Shown: piece by piece, positions 40,945 to 50,070 of the stretch
Layout: every line of letters begins with the position of its first letter
Position numbering within the stretch: position 1 is the first letter of the stretch
Assembly: GCA_041082215.1 (NCBI GenBank)
Contig: JBDOIF010000148.1
Location: 1 to 59,988, forward strand
Origin: Anaerolineae bacterium
GTDB taxonomy: Bacteria; Chloroflexota; Anaerolineae; B4-G1; DUEL01
Reading direction: 5' to 3'
Length of the DNA stretch: 59,988 bases
Notes under the pieces: generated by a model
What the model was told of the DNA's origin: nothing
Seen by the model: the letters and a program-made list of their open reading frames with translations, nothing else
The model's database searches: none
Program-made: the position numbers and the translations under genes

Positions 40945-42483
40945 CTACCGCCGCGCCGTCGGCAGGGTATCCAGCGTCTCCCCCCGCAGCGCCCGTCGCA
41001 TCGCCTCCCGGTCGTCCCAGGGGTACTCGACCGTGCCGAAGCACATGGACTGTTCGTGCCCCTTGCCGCAGGCGATGACCAGGTCGCCCGGGCGGGCCAT
41101 CCGGCAGGCGGTGAGGATCGCCTCCCCCCGGTCGGGCACGCGGAAGAGGTCCACACCCTCCCGCTTCCCGGCCTCCGCCGCTGCGGCCGCGCTGGCGGCG
41201 ATGATCTCGTCCAGGTTTTCGGTGCGGGGGTCCTCCGCGGTGAGCACCACCACGTCGGCCAGCTCGGCCGCGATCCGGCCCATCGCTGGCCGCTTCTCCC
41301 GATCCCGCAGTCCGGCGCAGCCGAAGACGACGATCACGCGGCCATTGGTCATCCCCCGCGCAGTCCGCAGCGCCTGAGCCAGCGCATTGGGCGTGTGGGC
41401 GAAGTCCACAACAGCCAGGAAATCCTGGCCTTCGTCTACTCGCTCCATCCGGCCTGGCACTCCACGCACCGCCGCCACACCTGCGGCGACCGCCTCAGGC
41501 GGCAGCCCCAGGCCCACTGCTGCGGCGGCCGCCGCCAGGATATTGGCGACGTTGTAGGCCCCCACCAGCGGCGTCTCCACTGCGACCTCCCCCCGGGGCA
41601 GGCTGAGCACCAGCCGGGTATAGTCGGGGCCGTAACTGATGTCGCGGGCCGTCACATCGGCCTCCGCGCCGACGCTGTAGGTCACCTGCCGGTCGGCGGG
41701 CACCTCTCGCAAGCGTGGGAATGAGACATCGTCCCGGTTGAGCACCGCCACTTTGGGAACCCCCGGCTTGCGGAAGGAGGTCGAGAGGCCGTCGAAGAGC
41801 CGCGCCTTGGCCTCCAGATAGGCCTCGAAGGTGCCGTGGAAGTCCAGGTGTTCATGGGTGACGTTGGTGACCACGGCCACGTCGAAATCGCAGCCCGCCA
41901 CCCGGTGCTGGGCCAGCCCGTGGGAGGTGACCTCCAGCACAGCATGCGTGGCCCCGGCCCCGACCATCCGGGCCAGGTAGTGCTGCAGGTCGGGCGGATC
42001 GGGCGTGGTGGTATGGAGCCCGGTGTCGGTCTCCTCCGCGCCGATGCGGGCAGCGACAGTGGTGACCAGGCCAGCGTTGAGGCCAGCGGCCTGGAGGATG
42101 GCATGGATCAGAGTGGATGTGGTCGTCTTGCCGTCGGTGCCGGTTACGCCGATCAGGGTCATCCAGCGGGACGGGAACCCCTCCCAGGCAGCCGAAAGCC
42201 AGCCCCAGGCCTGGCGGGCGTCGGGGACCCGGACGTAGGTGAAGGAGCCCCAGGGCAGATCGGGGAGCTCCTGCGGCTCCCACTCCCCCACCACCGCCAC
42301 GGCCCCCTCCTCCAGGGCCTGGGGGATAAACCGATGGCCGTCCACATAGACGCCGGGGATAGCGACGAAAAGGTCACCGGGACGGACGCGGCGGGAGTCG
42401 GCCTGGATGCCTGAGACCTCTACATCGGAGCCGACCCGGCTCAGCACAGCAGGCAGGGCCTGCAGGAGCTGGATCAGGCGCAT
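40945..42483 (-). CDS. murE: UDP-MurNAc-L-Ala-D-Glu--diamino acid ligase
   Basis: Motifs GVTGTDGKTT, HTTTP, EVTSHGL, HLDFH, VDFAHTP, EDPR and GKGHE. Confidence 0.93.
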   Translation of the reverse strand: MRLIQLLQALPAVLSRVGSDVEVSGIQADSRRVRPGDLFVAIPGVYVDGHRFIPQALEEGAVAVVGEWEPQELPDLPWGSFTYVRVPDARQAWGWLSAAWEGFPSRWMTLIGVTGTDGKTTTSTLIHAILQAAGLNAGLVTTVAARIGAEETDTGLHTTTPDPPDLQHYLARMVGAGATHAVLEVTSHGLAQHRVAGCDFDVAVVTNVTHEHLDFHGTFEAYLEAKARLFDGLSTSFRKPGVPKVAVLNRDDVSFPRLREVPADRQVTYSVGAEADVTARDISYGPDYTRLVLSLPRGEVAVETPLVGAYNVANILAAAAAAVGLGLPPEAVAAGVAAVRGVPGRMERVDEGQDFLAVVDFAHTPNALAQALRTARGMTNGRVIVVFGCAGLRDREKRPAMGRIAAELADVVVLTAEDPRTENLDEIIAASAAAAAEAGKREGVDLFRVPDRGEAILTACRMARPGDLVIACGKGHEQSMCFGTVEYPWDDREAMRRALRGETLDTLPTARR

Positions 42484-42585
42484 TTCCCTTTCTCCCTACC
42501 ACGCGCAGACGCGGGGACACGGAGACGCGGCGGGGAGAGATGACCTCCGCGCCTCCGTATCCCCGCGTCTCCACCTGGGCAGCCC

Positions 42586-43326
42586 TTATACCAGTGTCTC
42601 CCGGAGTCGCTCCAACTGCCCGGCGAAACTGCCATCCAGGACCCGGTCCCCCACCCGGACGACCAGGCCGCCGAGGATTTGGGGATCCACCCGGAAGGAG
42701 ACCTCCACGGCCTTCCCCAGCCGGGCGGCCAGTTCCTTCTGGATAGTGGCCTGTTCTGCCTCGGTGAGGGGGACGGCGCTGGTGACGGCGACGGGGCCGG
42801 CAACCTGCTCTACCCGCTCGGGCAGGACCTCGACCCGCCCCTCGCGGATGCCGCTGAAGAAAGCGTCCACCAGGGCGCGCTGGCGTCGCTCATCCAGCGC
42901 CTCACCCACCAGCTTATGGGCGGCGGCGATGGCGAGGGCAGCGATATGCTCCCGCATCTGGCCGAGGAGCTGGGCCCTTTCCATCTCCGCCTCCTGCCGG
43001 GCTGTAGAGCGGATTTTCTCCGCCTCTTCGCGGGCCTGGGCGAGCAGTTTCTCCGTCTCCTCGCGCCCTTTCCGGGCTGCCTCAGCCACGAGCCGATCTG
43101 CCTCAGCGCGGGCTTCCGCGAGGATCCTTTCCCGTTCGGCCTCCACTGTTGCCCTGGCCTCCTCGGCCGCTCTGGCGTCCTCCAGCCCTTTACGGATCCG
43201 CTCCTCCCGCTCCCGCAACATCCTCTGGATCGGCCTGTAACCAACCGCCCGCAGGATCACCAGCAACAGGATAAAACTGACGATCTGGGCCAGCAGCATC
43301 CAGGGATTGATCCCCAAGCCTTCCAT
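42586..43326 (-). CDS. atpF: ATP synthase subunit b fused to the delta C-terminal domain
   Basis: b-type N-terminus (LGINPWMLLAQIVSF...REREERI) followed by VTSAVPL...VDPQILGGLVVRVGDRVLDGS. Confidence 0.9.
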   Translation of the reverse strand: MEGLGINPWMLLAQIVSFILLLVILRAVGYRPIQRMLREREERIRKGLEDARAAEEARATVEAERERILAEARAEADRLVAEAARKGREETEKLLAQAREEAEKIRSTARQEAEMERAQLLGQMREHIAALAIAAAHKLVGEALDERRQRALVDAFFSGIREGRVEVLPERVEQVAGPVAVTSAVPLTEAEQATIQKELAARLGKAVEVSFRVDPQILGGLVVRVGDRVLDGSFAGQLERLRETLV

Positions 43327-43335
43327 GGCCCTCCT

Positions 43336-43572
43336 TTACGCCACAAAGATCAGGATCAACGCGATCACCAGAGCATAAATGGCGACAGCTTCAGCAAAGG
43401 CGATGGCCAGGATCATGTTGGTCAAAACAGTGCCTGCTGCCTCCGGGTTTCGCCCGGTAGCCTGTGCTCCACCCAGGCCAACCAGACCGATGCCAATGCC
43501 CGGTCCGATGGCTCCCAGGCCGATGGCCAGGCCAGCAGCCACCAACTTGATGACGTCTTTGCTGATCTCCAT
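43336..43572 (-). CDS. atpE: ATP synthase subunit c
   Basis: Motifs GAIGPGIGIG, GRNPE and FAEAVAIY. Confidence 0.95.
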   Translation of the reverse strand: MEISKDVIKLVAAGLAIGLGAIGPGIGIGLVGLGGAQATGRNPEAAGTVLTNMILAIAFAEAVAIYALVIALILIFVA

Positions 43573-43617
43573 AATCTCCTCCCTCACATTTCGCGTATTG
43601 CGTACTCCGGATTCCGT

Positions 43618-44553
43618 TTAGTGGTGTTCTCCATGTCCCGCGGTCGCTACGGCCGTGAAGGCTGCCGTCAGCATCATAAAGACCAGCGCCTGTACGGCAC
43701 CGACGAACAACTCCAGGATATAAAACAGTACCGGTGCCACGAACGGCACCAGCGATGAGATGACCAGCAGCAGAACCATCCCGGCGAAGATGTTGCCGAA
43801 CAACCGGAAGCCGAAGGAGATGATCTTGGTGAACTCGCTCAACGTCTCCAGCAGGCCCACGGCGAAGTTCATTACCCCCATCAGGCCGCCGCTGGTGAGG
43901 GCCTTGATGTTGATGAACCTGTTGAAGTACGCCCATCCCAGCGCCTGAACGCCGTAGACCTGGGTCATAAAGACGGAGATCAGCGCCATAGCCAGCGGCA
44001 CGTTCAGGTCCGTGTTGGCTGCCCGCAGGAAGGGGACCAGGGCATACTCACCCGGCTCGTGGGTCAGGAACACGAACGGCCCCACCTGGCGAATGGCATG
44101 ACCTCCCTCTCCATGTGCGTGTTCTATGATGCCGATGGTGTCGAAGCCAGGGATCAATTCGATCCAGTTAGCGATCAGGATGAAAAGGAAGAAGGTGATG
44201 AGCAGCGGCAGCATCTTCTCCGCCCGCTCGCCCAGGATACCGCGCAGGAAGTTCGCCAGAAACTCATAGATCATCTCCACCAGATTTTGCAGCCCCCGGG
44301 GCACCATTGCCTCCGGCCGTCCGGCACGAATGTGGCGGGTACCCACCGCAAAGAGTCCGATGAGCACGAGGTCCGCGATCAACAGGCCCATCAGCGTATT
44401 GGGCACCCGTATCGGCCCCACCGGAAAGGCCTCAGCGGGCATCTGGATGTGCGGCTGAACCACCCACTTCTGTCCCAGTGGGCCGATGACACATGAGAAC
44501 GCGCACAGGCCGATCAGGATCAGGACAGCCAGTATCGTGCCGACGCGCTTCAT
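43618..44553 (-). CDS. atpB: ATP synthase subunit a
   Basis: Motifs PRGLQNLVE, SFGFRLFGNIFAG and ELFVGAVQALVF. Confidence 0.95.
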   Translation of the reverse strand: MKRVGTILAVLILIGLCAFSCVIGPLGQKWVVQPHIQMPAEAFPVGPIRVPNTLMGLLIADLVLIGLFAVGTRHIRAGRPEAMVPRGLQNLVEMIYEFLANFLRGILGERAEKMLPLLITFFLFILIANWIELIPGFDTIGIIEHAHGEGGHAIRQVGPFVFLTHEPGEYALVPFLRAANTDLNVPLAMALISVFMTQVYGVQALGWAYFNRFINIKALTSGGLMGVMNFAVGLLETLSEFTKIISFGFRLFGNIFAGMVLLLVISSLVPFVAPVLFYILELFVGAVQALVFMMLTAAFTAVATAGHGEHH

Positions 44554-44864
44554 CCCTCCTCCTCGTCTTTCGGTTTCTCTTCGGGCTTTTCCTCTGCGGG
44601 CGGGTAGGCCCGCCGGGCAGTAGAGAGGGCCTGCCGGACCATCAGGTACAGGCTGACGGGGATGCTGGCCAGGACCAGCCCCAGGGTGAACAACGGCTTT
44701 GTGCCCAACTGGCTATCCAGCCACAGCCCGGCCCCCAGGGCCAGGAAGATCACGACCACCGTCAGGCAGCCGATCTGAGCGGCAGCTTCTGCCAGAAACG
44801 CACCTTCCCGCCAGCCCAACCCTCCGGGCCGCCCCTCTGGTCCGGGTTCTTCCACCTTCCTCAT
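44550..44864 (-). CDS. AtpZ/AtpI (ATPase gene 1) family protein
   Basis: GLWLDSQLGTKPLFTL motif, directly upstream of atpB. Confidence 0.85.
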   Translation of the reverse strand: MRKVEEPGPEGRPGGLGWREGAFLAEAAAQIGCLTVVVIFLALGAGLWLDSQLGTKPLFTLGLVLASIPVSLYLMVRQALSTARRAYPPAEEKPEEKPKDEEEG

Positions 44865-44903
44865 CCCCCAGTCCCCCAGTCACCCAATCACCCGATCACC
44901 CAA

Positions 44904-46346
44904 CTAGAACCACCCCGCACTGGCCTGCCACACCCAGTTGAACACCGGCGCTCCGAGAACACCCAGGAGGACGATCGCCGCCATAGTGAAGCCGAGCACC
45001 CATCGGGAGGGGACCGGCACTGTCAGCGGCTGCTCCTCCTCCTCCGAGCGGCGCTCGAACACCACCTTGACCACATTCAGGTAGTAGTAGAGGCTGATGA
45101 TGACGTTGACCACGCCGATGGCGACAAGCATGATCAGACCGCTCTGCACCGCTCCGGCGAAGAGGATCAGCTTGCCCACGAAGCCAGCGAACGGCGGCAC
45201 GCCCCCCAGCGAGAAGAGGGCCAGCATGAGGGACCAGGCCAGGAACTTCGAGCGGCGGCTCAGGCCGGCGAACGCATCTATGTCCTCGTTTCCGGTGAGG
45301 TTGGAGATCAGGACCACGGCGGCAAAGGCGGCGATATTGGTCACCGTGTAGATGATGAGATAGAAGGCCGCCGCTGCTACCCCCAGCCGGGAGGCCGCCG
45401 CCACACCCACCAGGATGTACCCTGCCTGGGCCACGCTGGAATAGGCCAGCATCCTCTTGATGTTTTTCTGCCAGATAGCGGAAATGTTGCCCAGCGTCAT
45501 CGTCACCGCCGAGATGGCAACGACCAGCGCCACCCACTCATCGCTGAGGGCAGGGAAGACAAAGCGGAGCGCCCGCAGGAGCACGGCGAACCCCGCCGCC
45601 TTGGAGGCCACGGAGATAAAAGCGGTCACCGGCGTCGGCGCCCCCTGATAGACATCGGGGGTCCAGAAATGCATCGGCACCATCGCTACCTTGAAGCCGA
45701 ACCCCACCAGCACCATCAGGAAGGCAAGCATCGTAAAGGAAAAGGGAGCCAGCCTCAACTCCGCCGCCACATCCTCGTAGCCCAGCCCCCCGCTCAGACC
45801 GTAGAGGAGGCTCAGGCCGTAGAGCATCACCGCCGAGGTAAAGGCGCCGAAGAGCATGTACTTCAGGCCAGCTTCAGCCGACTGGGTCGTCTCCCGCATA
45901 TACCCCACCAGGACGTAGGCGCTGATGCTCGTCAGCTCCATCGCCACATAGAGCATCACCAGATTCTCAGCAACCGCCATCAGGCACATCCCCAGCAGGG
46001 AGAAGAGCAACACCCCATAGTAGGGTCCGTCCTGCCGCAGCGGCCGGAAGTCCATAGACATCAGCGCCACCAGGATGCCGCCCAGGAGGAACACGGCCCG
46101 GAACATCCGCCCGAGCGGGTCCGCCCGGACCGTGCCGCCGAAGGCCGCCTCTTCTGGAACGGGGACCAGGAGCGAGGCCGCCAGGATGAGGATCAGGCCG
46201 ATCGCCGTCCACAGCCCCAGGGACCGTTTTCGCCCCGCAGGCAGGGCCAGGTCCACCGCCAGAACGACGAGGGCCAGGGCCAGGAGAAGGAGCTCCGGCA
46301 AGATGGAGAGAAACCAGTTTGCGTTGAAAACCGTCCCGCCTCCCAC
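44904..46346 (-). CDS. nuoN: NADH-quinone oxidoreductase subunit N
   Basis: Motifs EAGLKY, GFKVAMVPMHFWTPDVYQGAP and GFVGK. Confidence 0.93.
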   Translation of the reverse strand: MGGGTVFNANWFLSILPELLLLALALVVLAVDLALPAGRKRSLGLWTAIGLILILAASLLVPVPEEAAFGGTVRADPLGRMFRAVFLLGGILVALMSMDFRPLRQDGPYYGVLLFSLLGMCLMAVAENLVMLYVAMELTSISAYVLVGYMRETTQSAEAGLKYMLFGAFTSAVMLYGLSLLYGLSGGLGYEDVAAELRLAPFSFTMLAFLMVLVGFGFKVAMVPMHFWTPDVYQGAPTPVTAFISVASKAAGFAVLLRALRFVFPALSDEWVALVVAISAVTMTLGNISAIWQKNIKRMLAYSSVAQAGYILVGVAAASRLGVAAAAFYLIIYTVTNIAAFAAVVLISNLTGNEDIDAFAGLSRRSKFLAWSLMLALFSLGGVPPFAGFVGKLILFAGAVQSGLIMLVAIGVVNVIISLYYYLNVVKVVFERRSEEEEQPLTVPVPSRWVLGFTMAAIVLLGVLGAPVFNWVWQASAGWF

Positions 46347-47834
46347 TTATGCACCTCCCAGAAGGGCCAGCACCGACCGCACGCCGGACTGGATAATTGG
46401 AGTGATTGCAGTGGGGAAGATTCCGCCCACGATCAACACCGCGCACATCAGGGCCAGCGCCACCTTATCCAGCACGCCGACGCGCGGCACGTCGGCGTAT
46501 TTTGGCTTCATCTCGCCCAGGAAGACGTATTGGAGTGCCCGCAGGATGTAGGCCGCCGTACCGATGATCCCCACGGCAGAGATGATGGCAATGATCGGAT
46601 ACCACGGCGCCAGATCCGCCGCCCGCCACAGCCCCAGGAAGACCTGCACCTCGGCGATGAAGCCCAGGAAGCCGGGCATCCCCATCGAAGCCAGCCCGGC
46701 GATGACGAAAGCCAGCGCCGGTTCGGGGAGCCTCCGGACCAGTCCGCCCAGCTCCTTGATCTCACGGATATGGGTCCGATCATACACCATACCGACGATG
46801 GCAAAGGACATGGCAGCGATGATGCCGTGGGCGAACATCATCGTCGTCGCGCCGCTCCAGCCCAGCTCGTTCATCGCCGCAAAGCCCATCAGCACCACTC
46901 CCAGGTGGGCGACGCTGGCAAACCCGATGATGTACTTGAAGTCAGTATGGACCAGGGCGACGAAGGTGGCGTAGACCACATTCATCACCATCAGGAAGAC
47001 CACGTAGGGCATCCAGAACTTCGCCCCTTCGGGCAAGATGAGCACCGCCACCCGGAAGGCGGTGAACGCCCCGACATTCTTCAGCACCCCGGCGTGGAGC
47101 ATCGAAACCGCCGTGGGCGCCGCGGCGTAGCCGTCGGGGGACCAGGAGTAGAAGGGCCAGATGGAGGCCAGCACGGCAAACCCCAGAAAGGTGGGCAGGA
47201 ACCAGGTCCGCTGGAAGGACTCCGAGAACTTGACCCCTTCCAGCGCCACCATATCGAATGTGCCCAGGCCGGAGGAGAAGTAGATGACCAGAATCCCCAA
47301 CAGCGACACCAGGCTCCCGAGGAGGAGGTACAGGGTCAGCTTCATCGCCCCGTACTCCCGCAGCGGCTTCCAGCCCCAGTTGACGATGAGGATGTAGATG
47401 GGGAAGAGGACCAGCTCGTAGAAGAGGACCAGGAGGAACAGGTCGAGCATCGTGAAGGCGCCGAACACCCCGACCCCCATCAGCAGGAGGAGGGCGAAGA
47501 ACTCCCGCGGCCGCTCCTCGATACGCCAGGAGATGAGAACGGCGCAGAAGAGGAGAAGGCTGTTCAGCAGGACCAGCATCACCCCCATCCCGTTGACGCC
47601 GACGTGGTAGGAAGAGCCGATGGCAGGGAACCAGGGCATTTCCTCCACAAACTGGTAACCTCCCACTCCCCGGTCGTAGGTCAGAAAGACCCAGAAGGCC
47701 AGAAGCAGCGAAATAAGGGAACCGGCGGCTGCCAGTACCTTTGGCTCCGTATCCCGGTCCTTCGGCAACAACAGAATAAGGACAGCCGTCACCGCTGGAG
47801 CGAAGATGATCACGCTGAGAAATGGGAACTCCAT
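46347..47834 (-). CDS. nuoM: NADH-quinone oxidoreductase subunit M (second, divergent copy)
   Basis: Motifs FYELVLFP, WSPDGYAAAPTAVSMLHAG, YDRTH and PGFLGFIAE. Confidence 0.88.
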   Translation of the reverse strand: MEFPFLSVIIFAPAVTAVLILLLPKDRDTEPKVLAAAGSLISLLLAFWVFLTYDRGVGGYQFVEEMPWFPAIGSSYHVGVNGMGVMLVLLNSLLLFCAVLISWRIEERPREFFALLLLMGVGVFGAFTMLDLFLLVLFYELVLFPIYILIVNWGWKPLREYGAMKLTLYLLLGSLVSLLGILVIYFSSGLGTFDMVALEGVKFSESFQRTWFLPTFLGFAVLASIWPFYSWSPDGYAAAPTAVSMLHAGVLKNVGAFTAFRVAVLILPEGAKFWMPYVVFLMVMNVVYATFVALVHTDFKYIIGFASVAHLGVVLMGFAAMNELGWSGATTMMFAHGIIAAMSFAIVGMVYDRTHIREIKELGGLVRRLPEPALAFVIAGLASMGMPGFLGFIAEVQVFLGLWRAADLAPWYPIIAIISAVGIIGTAAYILRALQYVFLGEMKPKYADVPRVGVLDKVALALMCAVLIVGGIFPTAITPIIQSGVRSVLALLGGA

Positions 47835-47841
47835 AGTCACC

Positions 47842-48188
47842 TCACTCTCTCGCTTCCTTCTGAAGGATGGGTTCCAGCAGCTCCTTCAGCCGGGGGATCT
47901 TGTTCGTCACGACATCCCAACAATTTCATAATCCACGCCAAAATACGCATGGATCAACCGATCCCGCATACCTGCCATTGCCCGCCATTCAACTTCAGGG
48001 TATCTCCGGCGAACTTCTTCCGGGACCCGCTTAGCTGCCTCACCGATGATCTCCAGACTCCGTACAAACGCCCTCTGCAGTGTCTCATCCCGAAGAAATG
48101 CACCATAGGTTAGCTCAACGCTGCGGCTGATAAGATAGTCCGCCTCATCCAGGATGTGACGCAGGTACTCAAGGTACGAGCGAGACAT
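47842..48188 (-). pseudogene. HepT/DUF86 (HEPN) toxin with an apparent 1-nt frameshift
   Basis: Motifs LEIIGEAAK and RDRLIHAY. The ORF stops at 47907, but adding one base near 47920 restores [27 protein letters not shown] ending at 47842. Confidence 0.8.
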
Positions 48189-48480
48189 ACTCCACTTCCG
48201 ACTCAATGTAAGGCCGGATGTAGGGACTTATCGCCTCAGGTGTGACCAGTTCCACCGGCCTCTGGAGCAACTCCTCCAGGAGGAAAGCCAGTTCTATGAA
48301 GTTGTCGAACGTTTTTCGACCCCGCTCGAAGTCCACAAGGACATCCACATCGCTATTCGGGCGTTGTTCCCCTCGGACAAAGGAGCCGAAAAGGCCGAGC
48401 CTGCTTACTCCCAGCGCTCTGATCTGCGCTCTATGTCTCTCAATCACAAGGCGAACATCCGCCACATTCTGCACAGCCAT
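48169..48480 (-). CDS. MntA-like minimal nucleotidyltransferase antitoxin
   Basis: Motifs [20 protein letters not shown] and [13 protein letters not shown]. Confidence 0.9.
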   Translation of the reverse strand: MAVQNVADVRLVIERHRAQIRALGVSRLGLFGSFVRGEQRPNSDVDVLVDFERGRKTFDNFIELAFLLEELLQRPVELVTPEAISPYIRPYIESEVEYVSLVP

Positions 48481-48492
48481 CACTGCCCCTAT

Positions 48493-50052
48493 TTAACCGA
48501 TCAGCCGCACCACCGCCGCGTTGAACAGGTTGATCAGCCACGACGGCCACACGCCGATGAGGAACATCAGCACCATCAGCGGGGCGAGGGCGATCGCCTC
48601 GCGGGCGTTGATCTCCTTCATCCCCTCCCAGCGGGGGTTCAGCGGCCCCAGCAGGACCTTCTGAATGGTCCACAGCAGGTAGGCCGCGGTGAAGACCAGC
48701 CCCAGCGTCGCCAGGGCGGTGACCAGGGTGAAGACCGGCCAGGCCCCCCGGAAGACCATGAACTCGCTGACAAAGCCGTTCAGCCCGGGCAGCCCCAGCG
48801 AGGCCAGGGTGCAGAAGAGCAGGACCCCGCCATAGGCCGGGACCGCGACGCCCAGCCCGCCGAAATCCTTCAGGTTGCGGGTATGGGCCCGCTCGTAGAC
48901 CACTCCCACCAGGGCAAACATCGCTGCCGCGGTGATGCCGTGGTTGAACATTTGCAGCACCGCGCCGTTGGCCGCCAGCGCCGCGTCCAGCGGATTCACG
49001 CCTCCACCGAGCGCCTGCGCCGCCACGGCGATCCCCAGCACCACAAACCCCATATGGCCCACCGACGAGTAGGCCACGAGCCGCTTGAAATCGTCCTGCC
49101 CCAGCGCCGCCAGCCCGCCGAAGATCGCCGCGCCCAATCCCAGAAGGGCCAGCACCCACGCAAACTGGACCGACTGGGCCGGGAAAAGGGGCAGCACCAG
49201 CCGCAGAAAGCCGTAGGCCCCCAGCTTCAACAACACCCCGGCCAGGATCATCGAGCCGGCCGTCGGAGCCTCGGTATGGGCATCAGGCAGCCAGGTATGA
49301 AAAGGCCAGATGGGGACCTTGATGGCGAAGGCGATGGTGAAAGCCCAAAAGCCAATGGTCTTGATTACCCCGATCGGCAGGCCGAAGAGGGAACCGGTGA
49401 AGGCCGGCCAGAACTCCTGCAGGCGAACGATGTCGAAAGTGCCCGCCGTCAACCCGATCACCTGGATCGCCAGCAGCAGCCCCAGCGAGCCGAACATCGT
49501 GTACAGCATGAACTTGAAGGCAGCATAGGTCCGTGCCGGCACCCGGAACCGGCCCCACAGCTCCCGCTCTCCCTTCTCGCTCCCCCATCGGTTGATCAGG
49601 AAGTACATCGGCACCAGGCCGATTTCCCAGAAAAGGAAGAAGATCAAAAGGTCCAGCGCCACAAAGACCCCCAGCATCCCCATCTCCAGCATCAGGAAAA
49701 GGGCAAAGTACGACCTGACCTCTTCTTTGATGCTGAACGAGATCAGGAGCGACAGGGGGGTGAGGAGGGTGGTGAGCAGGACCATCGCCAGGCCAATCCC
49801 GTCTATCCCCACGTGATAGGAGGCGCCGACCTGGGGGAACCACTCCAACTGCTCCTCGAACTGGAAGCCAGGGGCGTCGGGCCGGAAGTTGGCCCACAAC
49901 ACGAGGGAGAGGGCAAAGGGGATCAGGCTGATGAGAAGCGAGACCCATTTAATGAGCCGCTCCTGATTCCGGGGCAGGATCGCCACCAGTCCGGCCCCTA
50001 GCAGGGGGGTGAAGGTGATCAGCGTCAGCAGGTGCGTGTGGATAAACTCCAT
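48493..50052 (-). CDS. nuoM: NADH-quinone oxidoreductase subunit M (first copy)
   Basis: Motifs FWEIGLVPMY, AIKVPIWPFHTWLPDAHTEAP, LLKLGAYG and FVSEF. Confidence 0.93.
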   Translation of the reverse strand: MEFIHTHLLTLITFTPLLGAGLVAILPRNQERLIKWVSLLISLIPFALSLVLWANFRPDAPGFQFEEQLEWFPQVGASYHVGIDGIGLAMVLLTTLLTPLSLLISFSIKEEVRSYFALFLMLEMGMLGVFVALDLLIFFLFWEIGLVPMYFLINRWGSEKGERELWGRFRVPARTYAAFKFMLYTMFGSLGLLLAIQVIGLTAGTFDIVRLQEFWPAFTGSLFGLPIGVIKTIGFWAFTIAFAIKVPIWPFHTWLPDAHTEAPTAGSMILAGVLLKLGAYGFLRLVLPLFPAQSVQFAWVLALLGLGAAIFGGLAALGQDDFKRLVAYSSVGHMGFVVLGIAVAAQALGGGVNPLDAALAANGAVLQMFNHGITAAAMFALVGVVYERAHTRNLKDFGGLGVAVPAYGGVLLFCTLASLGLPGLNGFVSEFMVFRGAWPVFTLVTALATLGLVFTAAYLLWTIQKVLLGPLNPRWEGMKEINAREAIALAPLMVLMFLIGVWPSWLINLFNAAVVRLIG

Positions 50053-50070
50053 TCGACTTCCCCTCCCAGC

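Noticed and set aside
42586..44864. Canonical Na+-translocating N-ATPase operon
   Set aside because: No flanking atpD/C or atpA/G and no atpR, and subunit c lacks the ESTxxY Na+ motif. Only the long b subunit is similar.
47907..47909. Selenocysteine or readthrough at the HepT TGA
   Set aside because: The conserved tail continues in a different frame, so a frameshift explains it.
44493..48113. 1206-aa + strand ORF
   Set aside because: Antisense shadow of nuoN/nuoM/atpZ in high-GC DNA, with no recognisable motifs.
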